Assembly (NCBI GenBank): GCA_041288095.1
Contig: JBGGMJ010000142.1
Coordinates: 1 to 24,472, forward strand
Direction of reading: 5' to 3'
DNA: 24,472 nucleotides
DNA from: Myxococcota bacterium
Lineage (GTDB): Bacteria > Myxococcota > XYA12-FULL-58-9 > JALHOP01
Shown: positions 24,469 through 24,472 of the stretch, in pieces
Numbering within the stretch: the stretch's first letter is position 1
Layout: every line of letters begins with the position of its first letter
Made by a program: the position numbers and the translations under genes
Notes under the pieces: model-generated
Told to the model about the DNA's origin: nothing
What the model saw: only the letters and a program-made list of their open reading frames with translations
Database searches by the model: none

Positions 24469-24472
24469 AGCA

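Overview
GC-rich chromosomal window, most consistent with a Myxococcota/deltaproteobacterial genome (FHA-fused Tad ATPase, FHA-sigma54 activator, PilZ-REC protein, FadIJ); this taxonomy is inferred from gene content. I call 17 CDS: a 5'-truncated class A PBP (PBP1A), a REC-GGDEF diguanylate cyclase coupled to a BtuF-like binding protein, fadI-fadJ, a PilZ/pseudo-receiver protein, a coupled pair made of an N-terminally extended, divergent cyclopropane-fatty-acid-synthase-like methyltransferase and a small SycD/LcrH-like TPR protein, a CbpA-like DnaJ protein, an amidohydrolase pair (one active, one degenerate), a membrane-anchored hypothetical protein containing a 7-bp tandem DNA repeat array, ygfZ, an FHA-sigma54 activator, a polyprenyl synthase, an orphan two-TM protein, and the end of a Tad/Kil-like operon (FHA-CpaF ATPase plus FHA-FHA-TM-TPR protein). 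Non-coding features include a 36-bp REP-like repeat present twice, a 21-bp inverted repeat and several candidate promoters/operators. No rRNA, tRNA, CRISPR array or transposase was seen. The most interesting hypothesis is that the Cfa-like protein plus TPR chaperone, and possibly the two-TM orphan, are secreted effectors linked to Tad/T3SS-type contact-dependent predation. This is inference and needs homology searches.
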